From the NCBI GenBank assembly GCA_030765185.1, contig JAVCDE010000024.1:315538-379537 (forward strand): a stretch of 64,000 nt of DNA, given 5' to 3'. Of the stretch, positions 27,717-37,325 are shown one piece after another. A program made the translations under genes and the position numbers. Positions within the stretch are counted from its first letter, which is position 1; every line of letters starts with the position of its first letter. The notes under the pieces were generated by a model. It had not been told where the DNA came from, did not search any database, and saw only the letters and a list, made by a program, of their open reading frames with translations. This DNA comes from Candidatus Aceula meridiana (GTDB lineage Bacteria > Omnitrophota > Gorgyraeia > Zapsychrales > Aceulaceae).

Positions 27717-29214
27717 CAACGGGCAGTCTAACGCAGAATCTAACTCCGTAGTCTTTACCTTCTTTTTCAATATTTTCAACATAAACATCGCCGCCATGCT
27801 CGGTCATGAGATCTTTACATAAAGCCAAGCCAATGCCGGAGCCTGCTGAACGGCTCGTAAAGAAGGGTTCAAAGATGTGTTCTTTCTGTGATTCAGAAAA
27901 TGTTGGGCCTGTGTTTTCAAAATAAGCTGAAACTTTATTCTCATCCGGTTCATAAACAGTAGAAATTTTAAGATACCTCTTTTCTCCTCGGTCTAAAACA
28001 CCTAAGGCCTCTATTGCATTAACCGAAATATTCATAAAAGTTTCCTCAAGATGAATCGAGTCTACAAAAACATCAGGCAAATTCTCACCGGCAAAAAAAT
28101 CCCAATTGATGCGCTTGATGCGAAATTCATCTTTCAAAAGACGCAATGCTCGCTCAACGCATATATTCATATTAATATTTTCTTTTCGAATTTCTTTATG
28201 CCGAACTAAATCCATCAGGTCATTAAGCATCTCCTTCATATATGAAGATTGCTCTAAAATTAAATCAACAGATTTAAAATAGGGGTCGTCTTGTTTCATG
28301 CTGTTATGCATAAACTTGGCGAGTCCGTGAACCGCGGTAATCGGCTGACACATTTGATGTAAAATTCCTGCCGAAAGTGATGCAAAAATTGAGGCCTTGC
28401 CCATATCAGCCAATTTAAGCCGTGCTTTCTTGACTTTATTTTGTGCCTGCGTAACCTCGCTACCTAATTCTCTTAAGCGTAATAAAAAGGCAACATTGTG
28501 ATATTTCACAAGTGCATAGCCCATAGTCCCCATTGCCAAAAAAAGCATTAACAAACCAAAAGGATAAATGCTCATACCATAATTATTAAGAGCCGTAAAA
28601 TTGCTCAAGGACGTTAAAACAAAAGCAGCCATGATAAGCTCTAATTTGCGTCGATAAGGCTTGTCCATTTCTCGACGCTGTGGAAGCCTAATGAAATTGA
28701 TATAATGACGCATAATATTAAGAAATGCATAGGCAAAGCACAAAAAGCTAAAGGAAAGAAAAATAATTTGTTCGCTTTGCGCTTTAGGAGAAAATCCCCA
28801 AGGATATTCTTCAATGCCAATAAAAAACGGATTCCCCCACGTCTGTAGAAAAAGAATAAAAACGCCAATATAGACAATCCAAACAAAAATCCTCTTTTGT
28901 TTATAGTGCTCGGTAACAACAAGCGAGATGTGCATCAAGGTGACCGGAACTAAAACAATCCCTAAATAAACAATTTTTCCCCAGAAAAATGCAACCGGGT
29001 CCACCCAGGCGTTAAGGCTTAGGGCATAGCCTAAAAACCACATTGAACAGCTGATGTAAAAATAAAAAACCGCGCGATGAAAACTCGCACGGGCAGCTGT
29101 TCCTAAAATAAACACCCCCATAAAAAATGCCAAATTGCAAAAAATAAAAGGAATTAAAGACGAGACATTAAAATAATAATATGGAGATTGTAAAATTGTA
29201 GTCCAATTTGCCAT
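27706..29214 (-). CDS. sensor histidine kinase with N-terminal multi-TM sensor domain (orphan)
   Basis: ~7 N-terminal TM helices; HisKA H-box (LHQMCQPITAVHGLAKF); HATPase_c G-boxes (GSGIGLALCKDLMTEHGG); no adjacent response regulator. Confidence 0.8.
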   Translation of the reverse strand: MANWTTILQSPYYYFNVSSLIPFIFCNLAFFMGVFILGTAARASFHRAVFYFYISCSMWFLGYALSLNAWVDPVAFFWGKIVYLGIVLVPVTLMHISLVVTEHYKQKRIFVWIVYIGVFILFLQTWGNPFFIGIEEYPWGFSPKAQSEQIIFLSFSFLCFAYAFLNIMRHYINFIRLPQRREMDKPYRRKLELIMAAFVLTSLSNFTALNNYGMSIYPFGLLMLFLAMGTMGYALVKYHNVAFLLRLRELGSEVTQAQNKVKKARLKLADMGKASIFASLSAGILHQMCQPITAVHGLAKFMHNSMKQDDPYFKSVDLILEQSSYMKEMLNDLMDLVRHKEIRKENINMNICVERALRLLKDEFRIKRINWDFFAGENLPDVFVDSIHLEETFMNISVNAIEALGVLDRGEKRYLKISTVYEPDENKVSAYFENTGPTFSESQKEHIFEPFFTSRSAGSGIGLALCKDLMTEHGGDVYVENIEKEGKDYGVRFCVRLPVVSS

Positions 29215-29272
29215 GATGTTTATTGTACCATAAAGTTTTTTATTTGGGCAAAGTGCAGGCCCTTATTTTTTG

Positions 29273-29716
29273 CTACTTATCCATTGCGTTAAATTCGGCC
29301 CTATCCCCTATGCTAATATCGTTGGCATCAGCCCACCCAGCATTCGCCTCTAAAACATAACGACAGCTTTCTGCCGGTCCATATGTTGGGCATTTTTCTT
29401 GTAAGCACGGAGGAGTATTTTTTTCAATATAGATAATTTTCTTTCTCTGATCCAGCCAAATAATATCTAAAGAAATCAGCGTGTTTTTCATCCAAAAGGC
29501 TACTTGCGAAGGCTCTCCAAACACAAACAGCATTCCTTTATCGCGCTTAAGTGACTCGCGATATTGAAGTCCTTGAGTTTGCTGTGCGTCTGTTAAAGCT
29601 AGCTCCACATCGAGGCAAACTTCGTCAAAACAAACCTGCGGGGCATTAGGCCCAAAACATCCTGACATAAAAAAACATCCCAAGATAATTATTCCTATCA
29701 TTTGTTGTTTTTTCAT
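29273..29716 (-). CDS. DUF192 domain protein (secreted)
   Basis: 147 aa; signal peptide/lipobox; core MLFVF...WMKNTLISLDIIWLD typical of DUF192 (COG1430). Confidence 0.55.
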   Translation of the reverse strand: MKKQQMIGIIILGCFFMSGCFGPNAPQVCFDEVCLDVELALTDAQQTQGLQYRESLKRDKGMLFVFGEPSQVAFWMKNTLISLDIIWLDQRKKIIYIEKNTPPCLQEKCPTYGPAESCRYVLEANAGWADANDISIGDRAEFNAMDK

Positions 29717-31071
29717 TTGTAAGACTCCTGTTCTTCGGTTAATCGAATATAGTCACGAAAAGTTGTTTCTCCTGTAATTTCTTGAGACACTGTTGCTATC
29801 CTTTGAGATGTGTATGGATGTGTCCGCCAATACGAAAATGGTCGCGATGGCCTTTTCGCATTAAGCGCGTGTAACTTCTCTAAAAACGTTTCCATCGCCC
29901 TAGGATCATATCCTGCTTTTTTAAGATACTTAACCGCAAGCTTGTCCGCTTCTATTTCATCAGCACGAGAATAAGAAGAAATAATTGATGCAAAAGCCAG
30001 GCTAACACCCTGTGCCATGCGAGCGTTGCCACTGGTCGCAGCCAAAACCATTAAAAGGCTGTATCCATACTGGGCTTGCAGACGTTTAATGGCATGCTTA
30101 GCCGTAATATGTGCAAATTCATGGGCGATAACTCCAGCGAGCTCATCGTCAGTATCTGCTTCATTAATCAAACCGGTAAAAACATAAATAGGCCCTCCGG
30201 GCAAGGCAAAGGCATTGACCTCATCATCTTTGGTAATCACATGCCCTGAGTACAATAATTCTTTACGATCACAAACTTTAGAGAGACGATCAACAATTTT
30301 AGAAACGCGTTCATTAATATCAATATCCGTATTAATTTCAAAATTCTTTTCAACATAACGAACAATAGACTCACCCATGGCAATTTCTCTCTCAGTACTA
30401 ATAAAATACATTTCTTCTTGCTCGGTAGCAAGATTGTATTCGGTCCGAACACAGCCTGTAAAGCAAAAACAAACAATTAGCATCAAAATAGAAACACCGA
30501 ATTTCTTAAGCATCTTACAAAGCTTGGCCATGGGGAGCCCTACAATATTAAAATAACATCCCTCAATACGCTTAATAAAAAACGCGCCCTTTCCATCAAT
30601 ATCAAACCCACCAGCTTTATCTTTAGACGATGTGTGCCGATAATAGCTATCAATTTCTTTATCCGTTAGCCGCTCCATAACGATTTTTGTTTTCTCAAAA
30701 TCAACTAACGTCTTTTTTGTCTTAGCATCAACAATAGCTACTCCTGAATAAAGCCAATGTGGTGCACACATTAAGGCTTTCAAATTCTTTTTAGCCTCTT
30801 TGATACTTTTAGGCTTTCCGACAACTTTTTTCTTATGTGTAAAAACAAGGGTATCAGAGCCGATAACAACACCCTTGTCTAAACGAGCGGCCACATCCTG
30901 AGCTTTTAAAAGAGCATTGGCCTTAACCAAGTGTGCTGCCCCTTGAGTCAGGATTGACTTTTCTTCGGCGCGGGATGGAATTACCTTAAAAGGGATTCCA
31001 AGCTTTTTCAAAAGCCGCCGACGATGGATAGATTTTGACGCGAGAATAATGTTGGGAGAAAGTTTTTTCAT
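29713..31071 (-). CDS. Maf-like nucleotide pyrophosphatase fused in frame to lipoprotein-type M48 metallopeptidase
   Basis: N-terminal 190 aa Maf fold (IILASKS..RR.LL..LG, GSDTLV, GLPM); then internal signal/lipobox MLIVCFCFTGC; then M48 domain with HEFAHITAKH zinc motif; no stop between. Confidence 0.6.
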   Translation of the reverse strand: MKKLSPNIILASKSIHRRRLLKKLGIPFKVIPSRAEEKSILTQGAAHLVKANALLKAQDVAARLDKGVVIGSDTLVFTHKKKVVGKPKSIKEAKKNLKALMCAPHWLYSGVAIVDAKTKKTLVDFEKTKIVMERLTDKEIDSYYRHTSSKDKAGGFDIDGKGAFFIKRIEGCYFNIVGLPMAKLCKMLKKFGVSILMLIVCFCFTGCVRTEYNLATEQEEMYFISTEREIAMGESIVRYVEKNFEINTDIDINERVSKIVDRLSKVCDRKELLYSGHVITKDDEVNAFALPGGPIYVFTGLINEADTDDELAGVIAHEFAHITAKHAIKRLQAQYGYSLLMVLAATSGNARMAQGVSLAFASIISSYSRADEIEADKLAVKYLKKAGYDPRAMETFLEKLHALNAKRPSRPFSYWRTHPYTSQRIATVSQEITGETTFRDYIRLTEEQESYK

Positions 31072-31625
31072 GCGTTCAGAAATTCAGCAATATCAAAAAC
31101 CGCTGACAAAGTACACCCTAAAGCCTCAACAGCCTCGGTTGCGCCTTCTTTACGGTCAACGAGGCAAATACACCCATCGAGTTCAAAGCCCTCTTTTTTC
31201 ATCACTTCGATAGATTGCACAAAAGCTTTGCCTGTCGTCGCCACGTCATCAATCAAGATAACTTTAGCCCCTTTCTTTAAAAGAGGCCCCTCGATTTGTT
31301 GTTGTTTGCCATGAGCCTTAGGAGCTTTACGGATGATAAAGCTGTTGACAGGATTCCCTTGCTCAAAGCTTAAAGACGCTACTGCCCCGACCATAGGGTC
31401 TGCACCTAGCGTTGGGCCACCGATAGCATCGACATTCTTATCTTTAGCCATCCCAAGAATAATCTTGGCGCTCAAATATGCCCCTTCAGGGGTCAGAGTT
31501 ACTTTTCGAGCATCTAAATAATAATTACTCTCTTTGCCAGATGAGAGAATAAATTTCCCCTTAGCAAATGCATCTTTAAGAAGAATATCGAATAAACGTT
31601 TTTTATCTGTTTGAATGTCTGACAC
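31068..31625 (-). CDS. pyrE: orotate phosphoribosyltransferase
   Basis: LSSGKESNYYLD...; PRPP-binding VILIDDVATTGKA; 185 aa. Confidence 0.8.
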   Translation of the reverse strand: MSDIQTDKKRLFDILLKDAFAKGKFILSSGKESNYYLDARKVTLTPEGAYLSAKIILGMAKDKNVDAIGGPTLGADPMVGAVASLSFEQGNPVNSFIIRKAPKAHGKQQQIEGPLLKKGAKVILIDDVATTGKAFVQSIEVMKKEGFELDGCICLVDRKEGATEAVEALGCTLSAVFDIAEFLNA

Positions 31626-31756
31626 ATTAACCTCTTTCGTTTAATATTAATACTATTAAAGATATTGTAAAATAATTAATGCCTTTGAGCAAGCGGATTG
31701 TCTTTAAAGATATCTTTGAGTATGGTATCATATGTGCATAATTTCACACTAATCTC

Positions 31757-32491
31757 ATGATGAACATTAAACCCCTTTTATTCGGCTTAACGAGTCTTAT
31801 TTTTCCAAGCAACTGCCTTGTCTGTAAGGAGGTCTTATCTGGCGTCAAGTCAGTAGATGCTGTGATTTGCGAGACTTGCGAACAAGGCCTAAAGCCAAAC
31901 ACCCAACCTTTTTGCCCAAAATGTTCTCGTCATTTAAAAAATCCGACCTTAGATGTACCCTGCTCGGAATGCCAAAGGCGTGAACCCTCTTTCAACCAGG
32001 CCTGGGGCACAAGTTTTTACAACAGGGAAATGAAGAACGTTATTCACCTCTTCAAATATAGAAATAAAATAGGGCTTCGACACCTATTTCAAAAACAAAT
32101 GGTTACATTTATTAATGATTACCGCGTTCCTATAAAAACTTTCGATGGCCTCGTCGCCGTACCTCTCCACCCAAGCAAAATGCGTGAACGCCAATACAAT
32201 CAATCCGAAATCTTAAGCGAAATGATTAGCCGCGTCTTTAATGTCCCAGTCTTAAAAAACACTATTATCCGTGCTAAAGCAACAAAACCTCAGGCATTAT
32301 TAAACGAAAAAGAGCGCTGGACAAATGTTAAAGACGCTTTTAGAATAAGACAACCTTTGAAGCTTGAAGGTCAATCAATCCTAATTATTGATGACTTAAT
32401 GACAACAGGCGCAACAGTTTGTGAAATCGCCCTTACTCTTAAGAATTCCGGAGCAAAAGATGCCAGCGCTTTAACACTGGCTATTGCGTAA
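31757..32491 (+). CDS. comF: ComF-family protein (competence, phosphoribosyltransferase domain)
   Basis: N-terminal Cys-x2-Cys pairs (zinc finger) and C-terminal PRT motif ILIIDDLMTTGATV. Confidence 0.7.
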   Translation: MMNIKPLLFGLTSLIFPSNCLVCKEVLSGVKSVDAVICETCEQGLKPNTQPFCPKCSRHLKNPTLDVPCSECQRREPSFNQAWGTSFYNREMKNVIHLFKYRNKIGLRHLFQKQMVTFINDYRVPIKTFDGLVAVPLHPSKMRERQYNQSEILSEMISRVFNVPVLKNTIIRAKATKPQALLNEKERWTNVKDAFRIRQPLKLEGQSILIIDDLMTTGATVCEIALTLKNSGAKDASALTLAIA

Positions 32492-32617
32492 AAAAATAAA
32501 ATTTAAGAAAATTCTAATTTTTCGATTTATGAAAAGCAGGATAAATTCGCACAGTGATTTATGTCACTGCGATCCACACGTGTTTCGCAGCGTAAAGTAT
32601 AAAACACTTACTCATTT

Positions 32618-33709
32618 ATGAAAATTCTAAGAAGCTACATACTAAAAGAAAGCATCATCCCTTTTGCCTTATCGTTAAGCGTTTTAACCAGCGTGTTTCT
32701 TTTAGGAAACCTAGTTAAACTTACCGACATGGTCATCAACCGCGGTGTAAGCCTAGCCCTTATCGGCAAAGTATTTATGTACTACATTCCTTTCTTTTTG
32801 ACCTACACAATGCCTATTGCCTGCTTAATCGCCGTCATCCTCACCTTCAGCAGATTTTCCGCTGATAATGAAATCCTGGCAATGCGCGCAAGCGGCATTC
32901 AATTAAAAAAAATTCTTGTCCCGGTCTTTGTCGTAGGAATTCTTTTAAGCCTGTTTTCCCTTATTTTAAATTTGAGAATTATTCCCCATGCGTATCATCA
33001 GCAGCGCAGAATTCTAAAAAAAGTGGGAACGCAAAACCCAACCGCTCTTTTAGAGGCCGGAACTTTTATCAACGCGTTTAAAGATCAAATTATTTTTATT
33101 TACCGCATCGATGGCAACAAGCTCTTTAATGTCCGTATCTATCAGCCACAACCAAACGGAAAAATGACCCGCACTATTACCGCTCAAAAAGGCGAATTTA
33201 CTCAAGTCCCCGGCAAAGAGCAAATTAAACTAAAATTGATGAACGGCACCAGCGACGAGCCAGACCTGGAGAACCCCAATAACTTTTACAAATTACGATT
33301 TAATACCTTTTTTAAAACACTCGATCTTTCGCAAAAAGGCGGCAAAATCGAAAAAAAACCAAAAGGCATGACCCTAGAAGAGCTTAATGAAAAAATTGAC
33401 GAATATGAAGCTACAGGAATCAATACAACACCTCTAAAAATTGAATTTCACCGCAAAATTTCCTCGTCATTCTCGGTTTTAGTCTTTATCATGCTTGGTT
33501 TTCCTCTGGCTGTGGTCACGCAAAAAAGAGCCAAGAGCGCTAATATAGCCATCGCTATGATTTGTGGAGCTAGCTATTATCTTTTAACCTTAGGATGTGA
33601 GGCCTTAAGCGTCCAAGAGGTTGCCCCCGTGGCATTAACCATGTGGGTGCCTAACATCATCGGAGGCATCGTTGCCTCTATTTTAAATTACCGCGTATGC
33701 GTATCGTAG
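32618..33709 (+). CDS. LptF/LptG-family lipopolysaccharide export permease
   Basis: YjgP/YjgQ architecture: 3 TM, ~170-aa periplasmic insert, 3 TM; tandem paralogue follows with 13-nt overlap. Confidence 0.7.
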   Translation: MKILRSYILKESIIPFALSLSVLTSVFLLGNLVKLTDMVINRGVSLALIGKVFMYYIPFFLTYTMPIACLIAVILTFSRFSADNEILAMRASGIQLKKILVPVFVVGILLSLFSLILNLRIIPHAYHQQRRILKKVGTQNPTALLEAGTFINAFKDQIIFIYRIDGNKLFNVRIYQPQPNGKMTRTITAQKGEFTQVPGKEQIKLKLMNGTSDEPDLENPNNFYKLRFNTFFKTLDLSQKGGKIEKKPKGMTLEELNEKIDEYEATGINTTPLKIEFHRKISSSFSVLVFIMLGFPLAVVTQKRAKSANIAIAMICGASYYLLTLGCEALSVQEVAPVALTMWVPNIIGGIVASILNYRVCVS

Positions 33710-34800
33710 AACGTTACAATCTCATTGCAATCATTCAGGCCTTTTTGGCAATCATTCTTATTTTTGCCTTTCTCTATGTCTTGATTGACGTGGCCAGCAA
33801 CTTAGATGAATTTATCAAACAAAAAGTTCCTCTTCACATCTTAGCCCAATACTACCTAACGTATTTACCGATAATCTTATCGCAAACCATGCCCATCGCC
33901 TGCTTAATCGCATGTCTTTTGACATTCAGCAATGCTAATGGCCATAACGAAATTATTGTGCTTCGTGCCGGGGGTCAAAGTTTTTGGGATATTGCCCGCC
34001 CTGCCATTGTCTTTGGAATTTTAGTCTCAGCAATGATGTTTTGGATGAATGAAAGTTTTGTGCCTCAGGCAACTATGACCTCGGAGTCTATCCGAGATGA
34101 AAATATTGTTATCAAAGGCGATGCCAAGCGCAAAAGAGAAGAAATTAAAAACCTTACATTTTATGGGCTCAACAATCGATTATTTTTTGTTGATCTATTT
34201 TCACCTGCCGATGAAACATTAAAGGGCATTACCATCATCGGACAAAACGCAGACCAGCAAATTCGAGAAAAGATTGTCGCGCTTGAAGGCAAGTGGACCG
34301 GCATCGCCTGGAAATTTTACAAATGTCAAATGACAACCGTTAAAGAACCCGGTAATCCTCGCAGTGAAGAAGTACGCTATTATGATGAAAAATTAATGGA
34401 TATTAAAGAAACACCTAAAGATTTTATGCGTCAGCGTCTTAATGTATCGTCAATGAACATCAAGCAGCTGGCCTCCTATATCAGACGCTTTGAACACAGC
34501 GGTGCCAAAAAGGCTATTAATAATCTACGCGTAGACATGCATCAAAAGATTGCTTTTCCTTTTGGTAATCTTGTTATTCTTCTGGTCGGCTTGCCCTTGG
34601 CTTTAATGACTGGCAGGCGCAAAGCCTTAACGTTTATGTCTCTGGGCTTAGCTGTTATGATTGGATTTGCGTTTTATGTTACAAATGCGGTAGGCTTAGC
34701 GTTTGGCAAAGGCGGATTGCTCGCCCCAATATTCTCTGCCTGGATGGCTCCAGCGCTTTTCCTCTGCGTTGCGGTATATCTAATTCGAACCCGATTCTAA
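33697..34800 (+). CDS. LptF/LptG-family lipopolysaccharide export permease (paralogue)
   Basis: same architecture; shared motif YL..LP.ILSQTMPIACLIA.LLTFS with upstream gene. Confidence 0.7.
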   Translation: MRIVERYNLIAIIQAFLAIILIFAFLYVLIDVASNLDEFIKQKVPLHILAQYYLTYLPIILSQTMPIACLIACLLTFSNANGHNEIIVLRAGGQSFWDIARPAIVFGILVSAMMFWMNESFVPQATMTSESIRDENIVIKGDAKRKREEIKNLTFYGLNNRLFFVDLFSPADETLKGITIIGQNADQQIREKIVALEGKWTGIAWKFYKCQMTTVKEPGNPRSEEVRYYDEKLMDIKETPKDFMRQRLNVSSMNIKQLASYIRRFEHSGAKKAINNLRVDMHQKIAFPFGNLVILLVGLPLALMTGRRKALTFMSLGLAVMIGFAFYVTNAVGLAFGKGGLLAPIFSAWMAPALFLCVAVYLIRTRF

Positions 34801-35020
34801 ATGAATGTAACGATTTGCGGAATATAAATGAACACAAATCGTTACATAATTTATTCAGCAAACACTGGATAAGTCTTCCCTTACCCTTCAAATCTTTTCT
34901 GATGACTTTTAAGCAAAATCCACTTTAGCGAAATGAGCAACCCTGCACAAAACGCTAGGGAAGTCTACTTTGACCCCATACGTGAAACGCATCTGGCAGG
35001 CATCTAATCTGAAGAAATCA

Positions 35021-35092
35021 TTTCCTAACTCATTGATATAAAACAAAAAGGCACATAACTTTGTGAGCTATGTGCCAAATTTGTGTCAATTT
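35021..35092. repeat. ~72-bp repeated intergenic element, copy 2
   Basis: near-identical to 20651-20722; hairpin GGCACATAAC-ttt..-TATGTGCC with T-run on minus strand; located between convergent lptG and deaminase genes. Confidence 0.65.
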
Positions 35093-35152
35093 TTCTATCG
35101 ATTAAAAAAACGACAGGCATTTTCTAGTTGACACTTACGCCTGCCTGCCCTC

Positions 35153-35590
35153 TTACTCCCCGATGTCTTCTTTCCAAAGTTCAGGATAATTTTTAATAAA
35201 CGTTTCCATAAGTTGATAACATTCCTGGCTGTCAATGACTACCACGTTTACACCGCGTTTCTTTATATAATCCTCTGGACCACAAAAAGTACGATTTTCA
35301 CCCACCACCACCTTTGGGATTCCGTATAACAAAACAGCACCACTACACATATCGCAAGGAGACAGCGTCGAATACAACGTTGCTCTCTGATAGTCGGATG
35401 CTTTAAGCCGTCCCGCGTTCTCTAAGCAGTCCATTTCGGCATGTAGGGCTGTGCTTTCTTTTTGAACACGCTGATTATGGCCGCGGCCGACGATCTTTCC
35501 ATCAATCACAAGGACCGATCCGATAGGAATGCCGCCCTCAGCAAGGCCCTTTTGAGCTTCTTCAATCGCCGCTTTCATAAATTCATCCAT
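35153..35590 (-). CDS. cytosine deaminase, CDA-fold (FCY1-like)
   Basis: HAEM..E and PCDMCSGA zinc-binding motifs; C-terminal tail ...VVVIDSQECYQLMETFIKNYPELWKEDIGE resembles yeast-type cytosine deaminase C-terminus; 145 aa. Confidence 0.6.
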   Translation of the reverse strand: MDEFMKAAIEEAQKGLAEGGIPIGSVLVIDGKIVGRGHNQRVQKESTALHAEMDCLENAGRLKASDYQRATLYSTLSPCDMCSGAVLLYGIPKVVVGENRTFCGPEDYIKKRGVNVVVIDSQECYQLMETFIKNYPELWKEDIGE

Positions 35591-35617
35591 TATCTTCTCC
35601 TCATCGCTTCCTTATTT

Positions 35618-36337
35618 TTATCTCCCGAACGGATTTTCTGCATCAGTTTCGCGGCCGACAATGGCATCAACTGCGCCATCGGAGAAACCACCGAAGATCT
35701 TAGCAGCCTCGCCTAAAGGCCTACCGATTAAATCTTTAACAACATCTTTAAAATTATTCCACTCTCGTTTATCTTGATATAAAAGAAAGAAATCCTTGCC
35801 CACTACACCTTCTTTTGCCACCTTAATTCCAAGACCTTCCTTAATGCTCCTATCTACTGTTGTAATGTTACCTCGCTTATCCAAACCCTTAACATAAACC
35901 TCACCTTCAAAACATTTAACATCTGTGGCATCGTCGGACTCAACAGTCCAGCCCGTGCCGCGTACACCGGCGATGGCGGTCGGAGTTTTGACTTCAAAAG
36001 TTTCTCCTGCATCCATTTTTTCAATAAACAAAAACAAGCGACCGCGTGAAAGTAAAAAGGATTTCTCCAACAAATCGGAAATTGTTATCTGAGAGTTTTC
36101 TTTCAAAGTAAAGACGCGGCTAATCTTTTCACCAAAACCAATAGTGCACTCAGACTTTTTTTCGGTTTTAAGAGAGTAGCCATCGGATAAACCGTCGCCT
36201 TTGTGGGCATTTCTCCAGCGGGCCGTCTCTGAGGACCTCAAAAAAACCTCGCCCTTAGTTTCGATAACTTGATACTCGCCGGCAAAGGCAAACGTTGGCA
36301 ACAAAATTAAGACGATGAGTAAAATTAATCTCCTCAC
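35618..36337 (-). CDS. FecR-domain protein (secreted)
   Basis: signal peptide; ...TPTAIAGVRGTGW... FecR-type motif. Confidence 0.5.
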   Translation of the reverse strand: MRRLILLIVLILLPTFAFAGEYQVIETKGEVFLRSSETARWRNAHKGDGLSDGYSLKTEKKSECTIGFGEKISRVFTLKENSQITISDLLEKSFLLSRGRLFLFIEKMDAGETFEVKTPTAIAGVRGTGWTVESDDATDVKCFEGEVYVKGLDKRGNITTVDRSIKEGLGIKVAKEGVVGKDFFLLYQDKREWNNFKDVVKDLIGRPLGEAAKIFGGFSDGAVDAIVGRETDAENPFGR

Positions 36338-36721
36338 TTATTCTTTTCTCCTAACGCTAAAAGTTGAACCGCCTAAAGATACTGTCTTAATCCTTACATC
36401 ATAGACAGCTTTTTTACCACAGGCTTCAACGATCCACTCCTCGAAAATAACTTCATCCTTTTTTCCGACAATTTTTGTTTCAATAATTTTGTAAGGACAA
36501 TTCGGCATATAGGCTTTTTGCTGAATATCGACAAATCTTGCAATATCACTTTTTAAAATAGTTCCTGCAGATGTTCCCGCGGGGATTGTTATAGTATTTA
36601 TGACACCACAGCCATTAAAAACCAAACAAATAAATCCAATTAATATAAATTTTCGCACCACACCCCTCCGCCGTCTTAAAAGCTGTCCTACTATTTTTCT
36701 TCTATTTTCTTCAACACCCAA
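36338..36721 (-). CDS. hypothetical small lipoprotein-like protein
   Basis: 127 aa; hydrophobic N-terminus with FNGCG lipobox-like motif; abuts FecR gene. Confidence 0.3.
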   Translation of the reverse strand: MGVEENRRKIVGQLLRRRRGVVRKFILIGFICLVFNGCGVINTITIPAGTSAGTILKSDIARFVDIQQKAYMPNCPYKIIETKIVGKKDEVIFEEWIVEACGKKAVYDVRIKTVSLGGSTFSVRRKE

Positions 36722-37269
36722 GCTATGTTTTGACCTAACGTCTTCATCGTTGATATGCCCTCATCGTCTTTGGCCACATCGCCTTTTTCAAGGCCAAAGC
36801 CCATATTCCAATACTGCGAACCCGGGACCACCATCTGACTAATAAGAAAAAAATGATTAATAGAGTCAAAAGTGTGGATGCTGCCGGCCCGACGCACCGC
36901 CACAACAGCCGCACCGACTTTGCGGCGAAACATCTCATTGTTGGCCTTGGCCACAAACCCAGCGCGGTCAATCAGGGCTTTGAGCTCAGCCGTGACATCA
37001 GCAAAATACGTAGGCGATGCCAGAATAATTCCGTCAGCTTTAACCATCTTTTCAATACAAAAATTGATATCATCATTTTTGACAGCACATTTTTTATCCT
37101 GGGCATCAAAACATTTGTAACAGGCAATGCAGCCTTTAAGTTTCTTTCCGGAAAGCTCAACGAGCTCGCAGTCAATGCCTTCTTTTTCAAGCTCTTTAAA
37201 AACCTTTTCTATGAGTTGTGTGGTGTTTCCACCCTTGCGTGGGCTTCCGTTAAATGCGACGACTTTCAT
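36691..37269 (-). CDS. NADPH-dependent FMN reductase / flavodoxin-like fold protein
   Basis: [17 protein letters not shown]-terminus and overall flavodoxin-like pattern. Confidence 0.65.
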   Translation of the reverse strand: MKVVAFNGSPRKGGNTTQLIEKVFKELEKEGIDCELVELSGKKLKGCIACYKCFDAQDKKCAVKNDDINFCIEKMVKADGIILASPTYFADVTAELKALIDRAGFVAKANNEMFRRKVGAAVVAVRRAGSIHTFDSINHFFLISQMVVPGSQYWNMGFGLEKGDVAKDDEGISTMKTLGQNIAWVLKKIEEK

Positions 37270-37325
37270 AGCTCCTCCCCATATTTTCCTTTAAAGTAAA
37301 ACGCAGATTTTTCTTCAAACCATCC

